Assembly (NCBI GenBank): GCA_963664225.1
Contig: OY760937.1
Span: 5,440,001 to 5,504,000 of the forward strand
Origin: Verrucomicrobiia bacterium
GTDB taxonomy: Bacteria > Verrucomicrobiota > Verrucomicrobiia > Limisphaerales > UBA1319
Direction of reading: 5' to 3'
DNA length: 64,000 nucleotides
Part shown: positions 49,351 through 61,800 of the stretch, in pieces
Position numbering within the stretch: position 1 is the stretch's first letter
Layout of the letters: the number at the start of each line of letters is the position of its first letter
The notes under the pieces: generated by a model
The model's database searches: none
The model's input: the letters and a program-made list of their open reading frames with translations, nothing else
What the model was told of the DNA's origin: nothing
Position numbers and translations under genes: made by a program

Positions 49351-50586
49351 GTGAACACCCCAAAGCGCCAACATAAGACCGTCACTCTCTGGCTTAGCGG
49401 GATTTTGCATGCCTTTACGCATCTTTATACAACGGCGCTGATACCGCTGTATCTGCTCATTCAGAAGGATTTCCAGCTTTCAGGCGATGGGCAGGCTGCG
49501 TTAATGGTCACCGTCCAGACGGTGGCTTACGTACTTCCCAGCTATTGGCTGGGGGTATTGGCCGACAAATACAGTCGGAAAACCATCATGGCCGTCGGTT
49601 TGATTCTCAATGGTCTGGCGTTCATTGCGCTGGCTTTCGCGCCAAGCTACGGATGGGCGATGGTTTGCCTGGTGATTGCGGGATTTGGAGGCAGTTTTTA
49701 TCATCCGGCGGCTTCGGCAATGGTTGTTCGTTTGTTTCCCTCAAATCCCGGACATGCGCTCGGGCGGGTTGGCATTGGAGCGGGGGCCGGTTTTTTTGTA
49801 GGACCTGTCTATGCGGGTTGGCGAGCTTCGACCGCTGGCTGGAGAGCGCCCTTGTTGGAACTGGGGCTGTTTGGCGTTTTAGCGGCCGTGGCATTCTATT
49901 GGTTCGCCCAGGAAGAGATCGCGGAAGCCGTACCGCAACGAGAACAAGTTGTTCGGGACACGTGGAAATTTGAACCACGGTGGCTCTGGGTGTTTTTTGG
50001 CGTTTGCGTGGCGTTCAGCCTGAGGGATTTTGCTGGAGGCGGGATGTCCACCCTCAGTTCGCTTTTCCTGCAAAGGGCCTGGGGTTATGATTCTGCCTGG
50101 GCGGGCATTGCGCTGGGCTCGCTTTCGCTCATGGCCATGATCAGCAATCCTCTTTTTGGAAGTCTGAGCGATCGGAATCGCGAGGGATCGATCCGGACGG
50201 TGCTGTTCATAGCTGCAGGCCTGGCCACGCTCATGCCGTGGCTACCCAGGCATTTTCTTTTACCCGCATTGCTGGCCTATGGATTCTTTTTCATGGCCAG
50301 TTTCCCGATGGTCGAGGCAGCGGTGATGAGTTCGGTGCCCGATCATGTTCGGGGACGGGTCATGGGTTTTCTTGTCATGTTTTGCGGCGGAGCCAGCAGC
50401 ATATCCCACTGGATCATGGGTGAAAGCGTCAAAGGGTTGGGTTCCCGCTCTGGCACCCCTTCGGCATTTGTTCCTGTTTTTGCGACATTGGGTGTCTTGA
50501 TTGTCAGCGCGCTACTCGGGTTGCGGGGCTTGCGCGCGTTGCGACGTTCGTCACCGTTGCCAGTTCATGCTAACGCCAATTTATGA
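49351..50586 (+). CDS. MFS transporter (Fsr-like)
   Basis: About 12 TM segments; H...H in TM1, G.LADKYSRK, G..FYHP and RGRVMG motifs. Confidence 0.9.
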   Translation: MNTPKRQHKTVTLWLSGILHAFTHLYTTALIPLYLLIQKDFQLSGDGQAALMVTVQTVAYVLPSYWLGVLADKYSRKTIMAVGLILNGLAFIALAFAPSYGWAMVCLVIAGFGGSFYHPAASAMVVRLFPSNPGHALGRVGIGAGAGFFVGPVYAGWRASTAGWRAPLLELGLFGVLAAVAFYWFAQEEIAEAVPQREQVVRDTWKFEPRWLWVFFGVCVAFSLRDFAGGGMSTLSSLFLQRAWGYDSAWAGIALGSLSLMAMISNPLFGSLSDRNREGSIRTVLFIAAGLATLMPWLPRHFLLPALLAYGFFFMASFPMVEAAVMSSVPDHVRGRVMGFLVMFCGGASSISHWIMGESVKGLGSRSGTPSAFVPVFATLGVLIVSALLGLRGLRALRRSSPLPVHANANL

Positions 50587-51950
50587 ACCTGCCTAATTAT
50601 TTTCTGGCTGATCTTCCTCCCGAGGCCGTGCTCAATCCGGTGATGATCACCGAGGCGTGCCAGACGCTGAAGAGAAACCGTGCCCGTTTTTTGGAGGAAC
50701 GGACGACAGACAGGATCATTCATATTCTTGCGGACAACGCCCGCCGCTGGATGGATCCCAGCGATTCTTTCCGTCAATTGGCGCTGGCTCAAGGCCCGGC
50801 GGAACTCGGCTGTTCGGTCCAGACATTGGAGCGTGGAATTGACGCTTTCTTTTCTGAAATGACCCGGGAAAATCTCGAAGCGATGGTCGCCCAGGATTTG
50901 GGCCATCACCACCGGCTCGACAGGCCGGTTTCCTCGCCTGAAGAGCGCGAGACGCACCGTGCATCAATTGCGCGTGGACCGGAATTATTGGTGCATATTG
51001 CATCGGGAAATATTCCCGCACCCGCATGGATGAGCATTGCCTTGGGACTGCTGGCGCGGTCGGCTCAATTCATGAAATGCGCCACCAATGCCACGCTTCT
51101 GCCCAGGTTATACGCCCATTCTCTTTACGATGCCGAGCCCAAGTTGGGGGCCTGTCTGGAAATTGCCTGCTGGCCGGGTGGGAGCAGAGAATTGGAAGAA
51201 GCCCTGTTTGCCGAGGCCGATTGTGTGACCGCTACTGGTTCGGATGATGCCCTGACCTCGATTCGTCAATGTCTGCCCATACGATGCCGGTTTATCGGCT
51301 ATGGTCATAAGGTCAGCTTTGGTTACATAAGCCACAAAGCACTATTGCACGACACCATTGAAGGAGTCGTGGAAAGGGCCGCCACAGATGTTGTCGCGTG
51401 GAACCAGCTCGGATGTCTTTCCCCGCATGTCTTTTATGTCGAGGATGGGCGTGAGCACATGGGTGAAAAATTTTCGGAAAAACTCGCGGTTGCATTGGCC
51501 AGGCGCGAGGAAATCGAGCCGCGCGGCCAGATACCCATTCAGGCTTCGGCGGCCATCGCCTCGCGCCGGGCATTTTATGAAATTCGTGCCGCGCATTCCC
51601 CTGAAACGCGCCACTGGTTCAGTCCTGAGAGCACCGCCTGGTCGGTAATTTACGAGGCGGACCCGCAATTCCAAAAATCGTGTCTTAACCGGTTCATTTA
51701 TGTGAAAGGGGTGACGGACTTGATCGAAGCGCTTAAAGGAGCAGAATTAGTGCGCGAATATGTTTCGACTGTGGGACTTGGCGTGGCTGAGGAAGAGATT
51801 AAAGAAATCGTGCCGCAATTGGCTCGATGGGGCGTTCCGCGCATTTGTCCACTGGGTCGGATGCAGCGGCCTCCCTTGGGATGGCGGCATGATGGACGTC
51901 CGCCTTTGGCTGATTTGATAACCTGGACTGACTGGGAACATGAGACTTGA
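50583..51950 (+). CDS. LuxC-like acyl-CoA/acyl-protein reductase
   Basis: HIASGNIP, ATGSD, YGHKVSF, NQLGCLSPH (catalytic Cys) and RICPLGRMQRPPLGWRHDG motifs. Confidence 0.88.
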   Translation: MNLPNYFLADLPPEAVLNPVMITEACQTLKRNRARFLEERTTDRIIHILADNARRWMDPSDSFRQLALAQGPAELGCSVQTLERGIDAFFSEMTRENLEAMVAQDLGHHHRLDRPVSSPEERETHRASIARGPELLVHIASGNIPAPAWMSIALGLLARSAQFMKCATNATLLPRLYAHSLYDAEPKLGACLEIACWPGGSRELEEALFAEADCVTATGSDDALTSIRQCLPIRCRFIGYGHKVSFGYISHKALLHDTIEGVVERAATDVVAWNQLGCLSPHVFYVEDGREHMGEKFSEKLAVALARREEIEPRGQIPIQASAAIASRRAFYEIRAAHSPETRHWFSPESTAWSVIYEADPQFQKSCLNRFIYVKGVTDLIEALKGAELVREYVSTVGLGVAEEEIKEIVPQLARWGVPRICPLGRMQRPPLGWRHDGRPPLADLITWTDWEHET

Positions 51951-52308
51951 ACTACGCAAAACCTTTCAATTTGAATCCGCCCATTTTCTTCCGTTTGTAG
52001 GCGAGACACATAAATGCCGACGTCTCCACGGTCACAGCTTTGTCGTGGAAATTGCCGTGCGCGGTGAGTGCGATCCCCAATTGGGCTGGGTGATGGACTA
52101 TGCGGACATGACAAGCGCCTTTCGTCCAATATTGGAAGAACTTGACCATCATTACTTGAACGCAATTCCGGGCTTGAGCAATCCAACGAGCGAAAACCTG
52201 GCGGTCTGGATTTGGGATCGGCTGCAGTCCCAGTTGCCACTTCTTTCAGAGATTAGGGTGGCTGAAACATGCACAGCGCGTTGTGTTTACAACGGAAACA
52301 AGCGATAG
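51940..52308 (+). CDS. queD: 6-carboxytetrahydropterin synthase QueD
   Basis: FESAH.LP, HKCRRLHGHS (CX3HGH), LDHHYLN, NPTSENLA and ET motifs. Confidence 0.93.
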   Translation: MRLELRKTFQFESAHFLPFVGETHKCRRLHGHSFVVEIAVRGECDPQLGWVMDYADMTSAFRPILEELDHHYLNAIPGLSNPTSENLAVWIWDRLQSQLPLLSEIRVAETCTARCVYNGNKR

Positions 52309-52393
52309 CGCCTCCCGGCGGTCCGAGTTTGCAGACTACAGGGTTCATCGGGGAAAAGATTATTCCATTCTGGTAGTTGTGAACAATCAGAGC

Positions 52394-52408
52394 TGGCACG
52401 GAAACTGC
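52394..52408 (+). promoter_or_regulatory. Possible sigma-54 promoter upstream of the giant CotH gene
   Basis: TGGCACG-GAAA-CTGC keeps the GG-N10-GC spacing; about 410 nt upstream of ATG 52816. Confidence 0.4.
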
Positions 52409-52815
52409 CCTTAAAGGACCATTAGCAAAATTACGAATTGGATTGGAATTCGGAATTTTTCTGAACATTTTGCGGGAAACTTAGCGGCTGCAAATTGACA
52501 ACTTGTTGGTTTCAAACGAGAAAGCGGTAAACTTGTGGTTGAAACAAACTGGTATTCAGGCAAACATCGCTGAAATCCGAGTCATGCATTGTTAAGAGTT
52601 TATTGGGATACCGGTTTGGTCGATTGTTGATATTTAGTCATAACATGTTTGTGGTAAGCATATTGAATCAGAATTGCATGTGGGAACGCGTGCGATCTGT
52701 ATTAAAATTTTCCAATATACATCCCTGTATCCATCATTGTTTAAGCTTCAGTTCGTTTGAAGAACTGACGAGCACTCAGGTAGTTTTTTAAAGAATTCAT
52801 CGTCCCAAGATCCCC

Positions 52816-55800
52816 ATGATAAGCGCTAAAAATATTCGTGTAATCTGTTGGACTGCATTGGTTTTTCTGGTCGCATGGTTGTCGCCGTCAGGTTCGGTTG
52901 GAGCACAAACCCTGCCGTTCTGGATGGATCGTGATATTGGCGGCGTCAATATCGCAGGTAGCGCAACCTATTCATCTGGAGTCTATACCGTCAAAGGCAG
53001 CGGCAGCGACATCTGGGATATAACCGATGCATTCCATTTTGTTTATTATCCGATGAACGGTGACGGGGAAATGGTTTTGCATGTGCTTTCACAGGATAGC
53101 ACGGACTCCTGGGCCAAGGTTGGGCCGATGATTCGTGAGACACTCGATGCGGGTTCCAAGCATGCAATTATGTGCGTAACTCCCGGCAATGGAACATCTT
53201 TCCAACGTCGCCGGGAGACTGGTCAGGCCAGTGATTACAGCGGTTCCGGGGATGGAATTACGGCGCCGTACTATTTAAAACTGACGCGGGAGGGCACGAC
53301 ATTTACGGGGTATAAATCGGTGGATGGTGTTGATTGGGTGATGGTTGGATCGGATGTGATCGTGATGCAGTCGGCGGTCTATGTTGGATTTGCGGTGACG
53401 TCCCATAACAATAACATGCTCTGCACCAGCACTTTGGAAATACCGCAGACGCCGCCATCGATTCTCCTGAATCCCCAAAGCCAGACCGTCAGTGACGGAG
53501 GGGCGACCTACTTTAACGTAAAAGCGACGGGTGCAATGCCTCTTTTTTATCAATGGCGACGTAATGGCGCCAATTTGACATCGGCAACGAATTTAAACCT
53601 GACTCTCGATCCGACGACAGTCACCATGGCGGGGAATTACAGCGTTGTTATCACGAACGCCGTCGGAAGGGCAACCAGCAGTGATGCATTGCTGACGGTG
53701 ACAGTGGACTCAGTGCCCCCGACCCTTTTGGCAGTCACCAACACAGCGGCCACAAACGTGGTAATCACTTTTTCGGAAGCGGTCGAAGCGGCCAGCGGCA
53801 CGAACGCAGCCAATTATTCGTTGAACAATGGGGCGGCCATTCTTGGGGCAAGATTTGGAACAAACCAACAAACCATCCTTTTACAGACCACGGTTTTGAC
53901 CGTGGGTGGGTCCTACACGCTGACGGTGAATAATGTGCGCGACCGGTCGTCGTCGGGAAACCTTATTGCGGCGAACAGTCAGAAATCATTTGTGGTGGCC
54001 GATACGATGGTTTTTGGGTTGTGGCGCGAGGTGTATTTGAATGCCGCGGACGGAGCGGGAACGTTAAGCTCATTGACCAACAATCCCGTTTTTCCAGACA
54101 GCCCGAGCACGAGCGAGCTTTGGACCAATAGTTTTGAAGCTCCGAGCAACACCGGAATCAATAGTTACGGACAGCGGCTGCGTGGATACATCGTCCCCCC
54201 GGTTTCCGGCAATTACGTGTTTTGGATTTCAAGCGATGACAATGGAACATTGTTTGTCAGCACGGATGATACCCCCGCCAACAAAAGAGTTGTGGCGTGG
54301 GTGGCGTCGTGGACCGGTTCGCGGGAATGGACGAGGGAGGCAAACCAGCAATCCCTGCCCATCACGCTGGAGGCGGGGAAAGTCTATTACACGGAGGCCT
54401 TGATGGCCCAGGGAGGCGGCGGGGATAATCTGGCAGTGCGCTGGCAGTTGCCTAATGCAACCATCGAGGAACCGATGCCCGCAAATCGTTTGATTCCCTG
54501 GGGCACCGTTTTTGGGCCGCCCGCGATTCGCACGCAACCAGCCAACACCAATGCGGTGGAAGGGGGGGCGGCGGTATTTTCCATCGCCTTGAGCAGCATC
54601 GGCCCGGTGTCCTACCAATGGCAGCGCAACGGGGCGAATATTTCAGGAGCCAACCAAATCAACTATACCAACGATCCTGTGTCGCTCGGGGACAATGGCG
54701 CGACGTTCCGCTGCGTGGTATCCAATACCAAAGGCTCCACCAACTCATTGGAAGCCACCCTGACCGTGAGTCCGGATGTGACACGTCCGACGCTGGTTTC
54801 GGCGTATTCCCAGGGTAACCGGGGTGTGCTGGTGACTTTTAGCGAGCGTGTGGATGTCACCTCCGCCTCGCAGGCCCTTAATTATGGGATCAATAACGGG
54901 ATTTCCGTCACGCAGGCGACGCCGGATTCTTCTGGAAGAGTGGTGTTGTTGATGACCGGACCGATGACTTACGGGACCAGCTACGTGTTGACTGTGAATG
55001 GTGTGAAGGATCGGGCGACGACTCCCAATACCATTTTGTCAGGGTCGCAGATCGCCTTCACCGCATTGGAGTTGACGCCACAAAATGTTGGCAATCCAGC
55101 CCAGCCGTTTCAGATATCGGTGGTCGCGGGCGGCATCAATGTGACCGGAGGCGGCTCCGATATTGGCGGGGCATCGGATCAGTTTAACTTTAATTATCAG
55201 GTCAAGAGTGGTGATTTCGACGTCAAAGTGCGCATCGGCGCGCTGGGACTGAGCGATTCGTGGGCCAAAGCGGGGCTGATGGCGCGCGAAACACTGGATG
55301 GACAGAGCCGGTTTGCGGCGGCGATTGCAACGCCGTCGATCAGCGGCTGTTTTTTTGAGCAGCGTCAGAATCCGGGCGGGGCAGGGGAAAGCTCCGGAAC
55401 GTTTCCGGTTAATTATCCCAACACCTGGCTGCGGCTCCAGCGGAGCGGGAACCAGTTTACAGGTTACGCAAGTTATGACGGGCAGTTGTGGACGGTGCTG
55501 AATTTGGTCACCCTCTCGATGCCGACCCAGATTTATGTAGGCCTGGCGTTGTCGAGCCACGATCCGGCGGCGTCAACAATGGCGCAGTTTCGCGATTATG
55601 GCAGCGTCACGGGAGGGGTGGTGGGCAGTGCGTCATCGCCGTTTGAACCGCTGGGACCGAGCAGCCGGAAAACGGGACTGGTGATTTCGGAGATCATGTA
55701 CAAACCGGCGCCGCGGGCGGATGGCAAGGTGCTTGAGTATCTGGAGCTGTTTAATTCAAATCCTTATCCAGAAGACATCAGCGGGTATCGCATTAGCGGA

Positions 55801-58800
55801 AGCGTCGATTTCGAATTTCCCGCGAAGACGACATTGCCTGGAGGAGGATTCCTGGTTGTCGCCCGGTCGCCCATCGATATTCAGAGTGTTTATGCCCTGA
55901 CCAACGTGATGGGGCCCTACACGAACACATTGAAGAACAGCGGCACCCTGCGTTTGCGTAACAAGAGGGACGCCATATTTTTGGAAATCAATTATGCCAG
56001 CAAACCTCCCTGGCCGGTGGCTGCGGACGGCACAGGCCACTCGCTGGTTCTGGCCAGACCCTCTTACGGTGAAGATAATCCCCAAGCCTGGGATATCAGC
56101 GATGTGGTTGGCGGATCGCCCGGTTCGGTAAAGACCTATCGTCCAGGCCCGCAGAGATCGGTCCTGATCAACGAAATCCTCGCGCGCCCGGCAGTGCCAG
56201 GGGCGGGATTTGTGGAGCTATACAACCACAGCAATCAGCCGGTTGACCTCTCAGGCTGTATTTTGACCGATGATCCCATTACCAACAAATATGTGATGTC
56301 GTCGGGGACCAGTATTCCGGCGCGGGGTTTTCTATCGTTCACAGAGGCGCAGTTGGGTTTTGCATTCAATGGCGGGGGGGGGACATTGTTCTTCAGAAAT
56401 GCCAGCCTGGACCGGGTATTGGATTCGCTGCGTTACGAAGCACAAGGGCTTGGATCGGCCTTTGGCCGGTATCCGAATGGGGCTTCTGAATGGTATCCCT
56501 TGACCGTTGCCACACCCGGCGCGAGCAATCCAGCCATTCGCATTCAGGACATCGTCATCAACGAGATCATGTTCAATCCAATCTCCGGCAACGACGATGA
56601 CCAGTATGTTGAGTTGTACAATCAGGGATCCACTGCGGTGGATCTCTCGGGATGGAAATTAACGGCAGGGATCAGTTTTACATTTCCGACGAGCTTCACC
56701 ATAGCAACCAAGGGTTACGCGGTGGTGTCGTGCAATACCAGCAACCTGTTTGCGAAATATCCCAATCTCAATGCGGGTAATACCGTAGGAAATTTCTCGG
56801 GCAAACTATCCCATGGGGGCGAGCGGCTGGTTCTCACCATGCCGGATACCATTGTTTCCACGAACGCCCTGGGCGTTGCGAAAACCAATGCCGTCGATAT
56901 TGCCATCGACGAAGTCACGTATTGCAGCGGCGGGCGTTGGGGCCAATGGGCGGGTGGTGGAGGCAGCAGCATGGAGTTGCGGGATCCGCGATCCAATCGT
57001 CGGCTGGCGCAGAATTGGGCCGACAGCGATGAGAGCGGAAAATCGACCTGGAGCACCGTGGAAGTCACAGGCCTGCTGGACAACGGAAATGGAGCGGCTG
57101 ACAATCTGCAAATTACGATGCTGGGAGAAGGGGAATGCCTTGTGGACAATGTGGAAGTGTTGAAGCAAGGCACCGTGGCAAACCTGGTGGTCAATCCGAC
57201 ATTTGAAGCCGGCCTGGCGAACTGGACGATGCAGGGCGATCATGTCCGCTCAAGCCTCGAGAACAGCGGGTATGCGGGTTCCCGCTCACTGCATATCAGG
57301 GCCTCAGCGCGCGGAGATACGGGAGCCAACCGCATACGGGCCGACCTGACCGGACCGTTGCTGGAAGGGCAGACCGCGACATTGCGCGCGCATGTCCGCT
57401 GGCTGAAGGGGTGGCCTGAGATCATTTTACGGCTTCACGGAAATTATCTGGAAGCGTATGGGAAATTAAACGTTCCGACGAATCTGGGGACTCCTGGGGC
57501 GGCCAACAGCCGCTCCGTGGCGAATGCCGGTCCTGCGATTTACGAGGTGACACATGGCCCCGTTGTGCCGGTTGCGGGAGAAGCCGTGGTGGTCACCGCA
57601 CGGGCGCAGGATCCCGATGGACTTTCCGCGATGCGGCTTAATTATCGCATCGATCCGAGTGCCAGTTATACGACGGTCAACATGGTCGATGACGGAACGG
57701 GAGGCGATGCAGTGGCGGGGGATGGCCTGTTCAGCGCGACCATACCGGGGCAAGCGGCAAATCAACTGGTCGCTTTTTATGTGGAAGCGACTGACAAAGC
57801 CACGGCTGGAAGCAGGTTTCCCGCGGACGCGCCGACACGGGAATGCCTTGTCATGTTTGGCGACCCCGTTCCGACCACGAGTTTTGGCATTTATCGCTAT
57901 TGGCTCACGAGGGCCAATGTCAACACATGGAGCGCGCGGGAGAATCTGAGCAATGAATTGATCGATTGCACCTTTGTGTACGGCAATTCACGGGCTGTAT
58001 ACAATGTCGGCGGGCGTTATTCAGGCAGTCCCTATCACCAGGGTTTCGACTCGCCGGTGGGAAGCCTTTGCCACTATTCATTCGATCTGCCCACAGACGA
58101 TCAGGCGCTGGGAACCACATCGTTTAATAAAATTCACGCGCCCGGCAATGGTCCCTTCGACGACCTGACCCTTCAGCGGGAGCAAACCGCGTATCGCATG
58201 GCGCGCCAGCTAGACCTTCCATGGAATTACAAGCGTTATGTGGTGTGCTACGTCAACGGCAACCGCCGCGGGACGCTCATGGAGGATACGCAGGTTCCCA
58301 ATGGGGATATCGTGAACGAGTATTTCTCCAACGATCCCAATGGCCAGCTCTACAAGATTCAACCCTGGTTTGAGTTTGACGATGTCACATCGGGAGCGAT
58401 GGGCTTCGTCAATGTTTCCTGGTGCACCCTGAACAATTATACCACCACGGGCGGGGTCAAAAAACTGGCCCGCTACCGGTATAATTATCTGACACGGGCC
58501 GCAAACCAGACTGCCAATAACTATACAAACGTTTACAACCTGATCGACGCCGCGAATGTTCCCGCCGGGGCCGCATTTATGAAGAGCATGGAAGCGCAGG
58601 CGGACATGCCGCTATGGATGCGCACCTTTGCCGTCAATCATGCGGTGGGCAACTGGGACAGCTTTGGCTTTCAGAATGCGCAAAACATGTATGCCTATAA
58701 GCCCCTGAATGGGCTTTGGTCCCTGATGATATGGGATTTCAACATTGTTCTGGGCAACAGTAATTCCTACGGCCCCACAGGGGACGATTTGTTTGCCTAT

Positions 58801-61800
58801 AATGGCGCGGATGGCCCCATGGGGGTGATTTATTCGACGCCGAAATTCAGGAGACTCTATTGGCAGGCCCTGGAGGATATTGCGCGCGGGCCGATGGATG
58901 TGGCGCAGATGGGTCCCCTCATGGATGCCTGTTACGCGGCCTTTTCGGAAAATGGAATTTCTGTGGCGTCGCCCGCAGCGATTAAATCATGGATGACGGC
59001 CCGGCAGACTTACCTTCAGCAACAACTGGCCACGGTGGCGTCGGATTTTGCGATAGCGAGCAATAATGGCAATAATTTCAGCACGAACAACAGCCTGCTG
59101 ACCTTGAGCGGCAGGGCCCCGATGTCGGTGCGGGTCATCAAAGTCAACGGAGTGGAGTATTCCATCACCTGGAATACCGTTACCGGATGGACGATGAACC
59201 TGCCATTAAGCGCAGGCGCCAATACGCTTTTGGTGCAGGGGTTCGATGCCCAAGGGGCGCTGGTGGCGAATGCCTCCAAGACAATATCGGTCACCTACAC
59301 CGGCGCGAGCGAATCGCCGATTGGTCATGTGATCATCAACGAGATCATGTATCACCCGGCAGTGACGGACGCCGAATTCATTGAAATCTTCAACACCTCG
59401 GCCAGTTCGGTATTCGACCTGTCGCGCTGGCGTCTGGATGGCGCTGGATTCGTATTTCCTGACGGGACATTGATCAGGCCGCAGGGTTTTGTGGTGGTTC
59501 CCAAAAACCAACTGGCATTTGCCGCCGCCTATGGAACGGCGATTCCGTTGACGGGGCAATTCGGTGGAAACCTGAAGAATGGCGGGGAGACGCTGCGACT
59601 GGTCATTCCCGGAGCGACACCGGATCTGGATGTGATCGTGGATACCGTCGAATATCACAACACGCCGCCGTGGCCCGCGGCAGCGGATGGCGAAGGAAGT
59701 TCGCTGCAGTTGATCGATCCCAATCAGGACAATAAGAGGGTGGGCAACTGGACCGCCACGCCGCAATGGCAATTCGTTCAGGTGACAGGCACCGCGACGT
59801 CATCGCTTTTGTATGTGTATTTAACGAACGCGGGAGATGTATATATCGATGATTTGAAACTGGTGGCCGGTGCGGTGGCGGAAGCGGGAACGAATCTGAT
59901 CAATAATGGCGATTTCGAATCCAGCCTGAGCGGGCCGTGGACTTTATCGAGCAATGTTGGCACGAGCGTGCTGACCAGCGTGACCACGCACAGCGGCACG
60001 AATGCCCTGCACCTCATTGCCTCGACGGCAGGAAGCAGCAAGGCCGATTCCCTCTGGCAGGATACGCTGCCGCTGACCAACGGAGCGCAATATACATTGA
60101 GTTTCTGGTATCATCCTGGAACAAATGTCGGCGGCCTGGTCATGCGACTGTCCAACAGTTCATCCACGACTGGCCTGTATGCGGCTGTTGGGGTGAAACC
60201 GGCGGGAATCTCCTCCTACACGCCGGGAGCCGCCAACAGCGTGAAAGGGACTCTGCCGGTTTTCCCATCCTTGTATCTAAACGAAGTGGAACCCGAAAAC
60301 CTGAGCGGCCCGACCGATCAAAACGGGGAAAAGGATCCCTGGCTCGAGCTGTTCAATCCGGGCACAAACACCCTCAGCCTCGCCGGCTATTATCTGGCCG
60401 ACAACTATACGAACTTGACGCAATGGGCATTCCCGGCCGACGCACAGATTGGCCCCGGGCAATATCTGTTGGTCTGGCTGGATGGCCAGCCGGGTCAAAG
60501 CACCAGTGCGGAATTGCACACCAGTTTTCGCATTGTGCCCGTGAAGGGCGCAGTGGCCATGTCACGGATGCAAAGCGGTCAACCTGTCGTTTTCGATTAT
60601 GTGAATTATAAGAATGTTGTGGCCGGGCGCACATACGGTTTGTATCCGAACGGGACTCCGGGCAATCACGAGGCCTTCTATTATCCGACGCTTGGAGCCG
60701 CCAATAATTTCACCTATCCGCAGGTGAACCTCGTCATCAATGAATGGATGGCGGGAAACACCCACACCCTGTTCGATTCAACCAATGAGCCATGGGCGGA
60801 TTGGTTTGAGATTTATAACGGTGGAGACACGGCGGTCGATCTGACGGGTTACGGGCTGAGCGATACGGCCACCGACACCACGAAATTTGTCATTCCAATG
60901 GGAAGCGCGATTCAGCCTCACAGCTTCCTGCTCGTCTGGGCCGATAACGACACGAGTCTGAATACCAACGCGAGCCCTGATTTGCACGCGAATTTCCGAT
61001 TAGGCATTCATGGCGAATACATTGGACTGTTTGCGCCCAATCACCAGATTGTCGATCAGGTTTCGTTCGGTGAACAAACCAACGACGTCAGCCAGGGCCG
61101 GTGGCCGGACGGCAATACCAACAGCATGTATTACATGGCAACCCCGACGCCGCGCGGAGCCAACATCATCGCAAATGTGCCCGTCAATACGGCTCCCGTC
61201 CTTGGTGCCATTGCGGATCGCACCATCAACGAAGGTGAAATCTGTTTATTCACCATCACGGCGACGGATCCGGATCAACCCGCGCAATCCCTTGTATACG
61301 CCCTCGAGGCCGGAGCGCCTGAAGGCGCGACGATCAACGCGTCGAGTGGTGAGTTTTCCTGGACGCCGACAGAGGCGCAGGGGCCTTCGACCAATCTCAT
61401 CACGGTAATGGTCACAGACAATGGTTATCCGGCCAAGTCAGATGCGAAGACTTTCACCATCACGGTCAAAGAAGTGAATACGCCGCCCACGCTGGGCAGC
61501 CTGGGGGATCTTACCGTCAATGAAGGACAGTTGATTAATTTTTATGTCACTGCTTCGGATCTGGATATTCCCGCGCAAATGCTCACGTTCAGCCTGGATG
61601 CCGGGGCGCCCGGAGGCGCGGGTATCAATCCGACGACCGGCGAATTCACCTGGACGCCCAATGAGGCGCAAGGGCCGGGGATTTATCCCATCACCGTGCG
61701 CATCACCGATAACGGAATACCTATTCAGAGCAACAGCAAGCTGTTCACGATCCAAGTGAATGAAGTCAACCAGGCTCCGGTGCTGGAAGCGATTGCGAAC

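Noticed and set aside
48185..51950. Bioluminescence operon
   Set aside because: No luxA/luxB luciferase, luxD or luxG in the window; luxCE alone do not produce light.
51940..52308. PTPS-III (FolB-bypass) assignment for the pterin synthase
   Set aside because: The active-site motif is CX3HGH (QueD type) and lacks the Glu diagnostic of PTPS-III.
52652..52667. TGGTAAGCATATTGAA as a second sigma-54 site
   Set aside because: It has GA instead of the conserved -12 GC and a weak -24 element.
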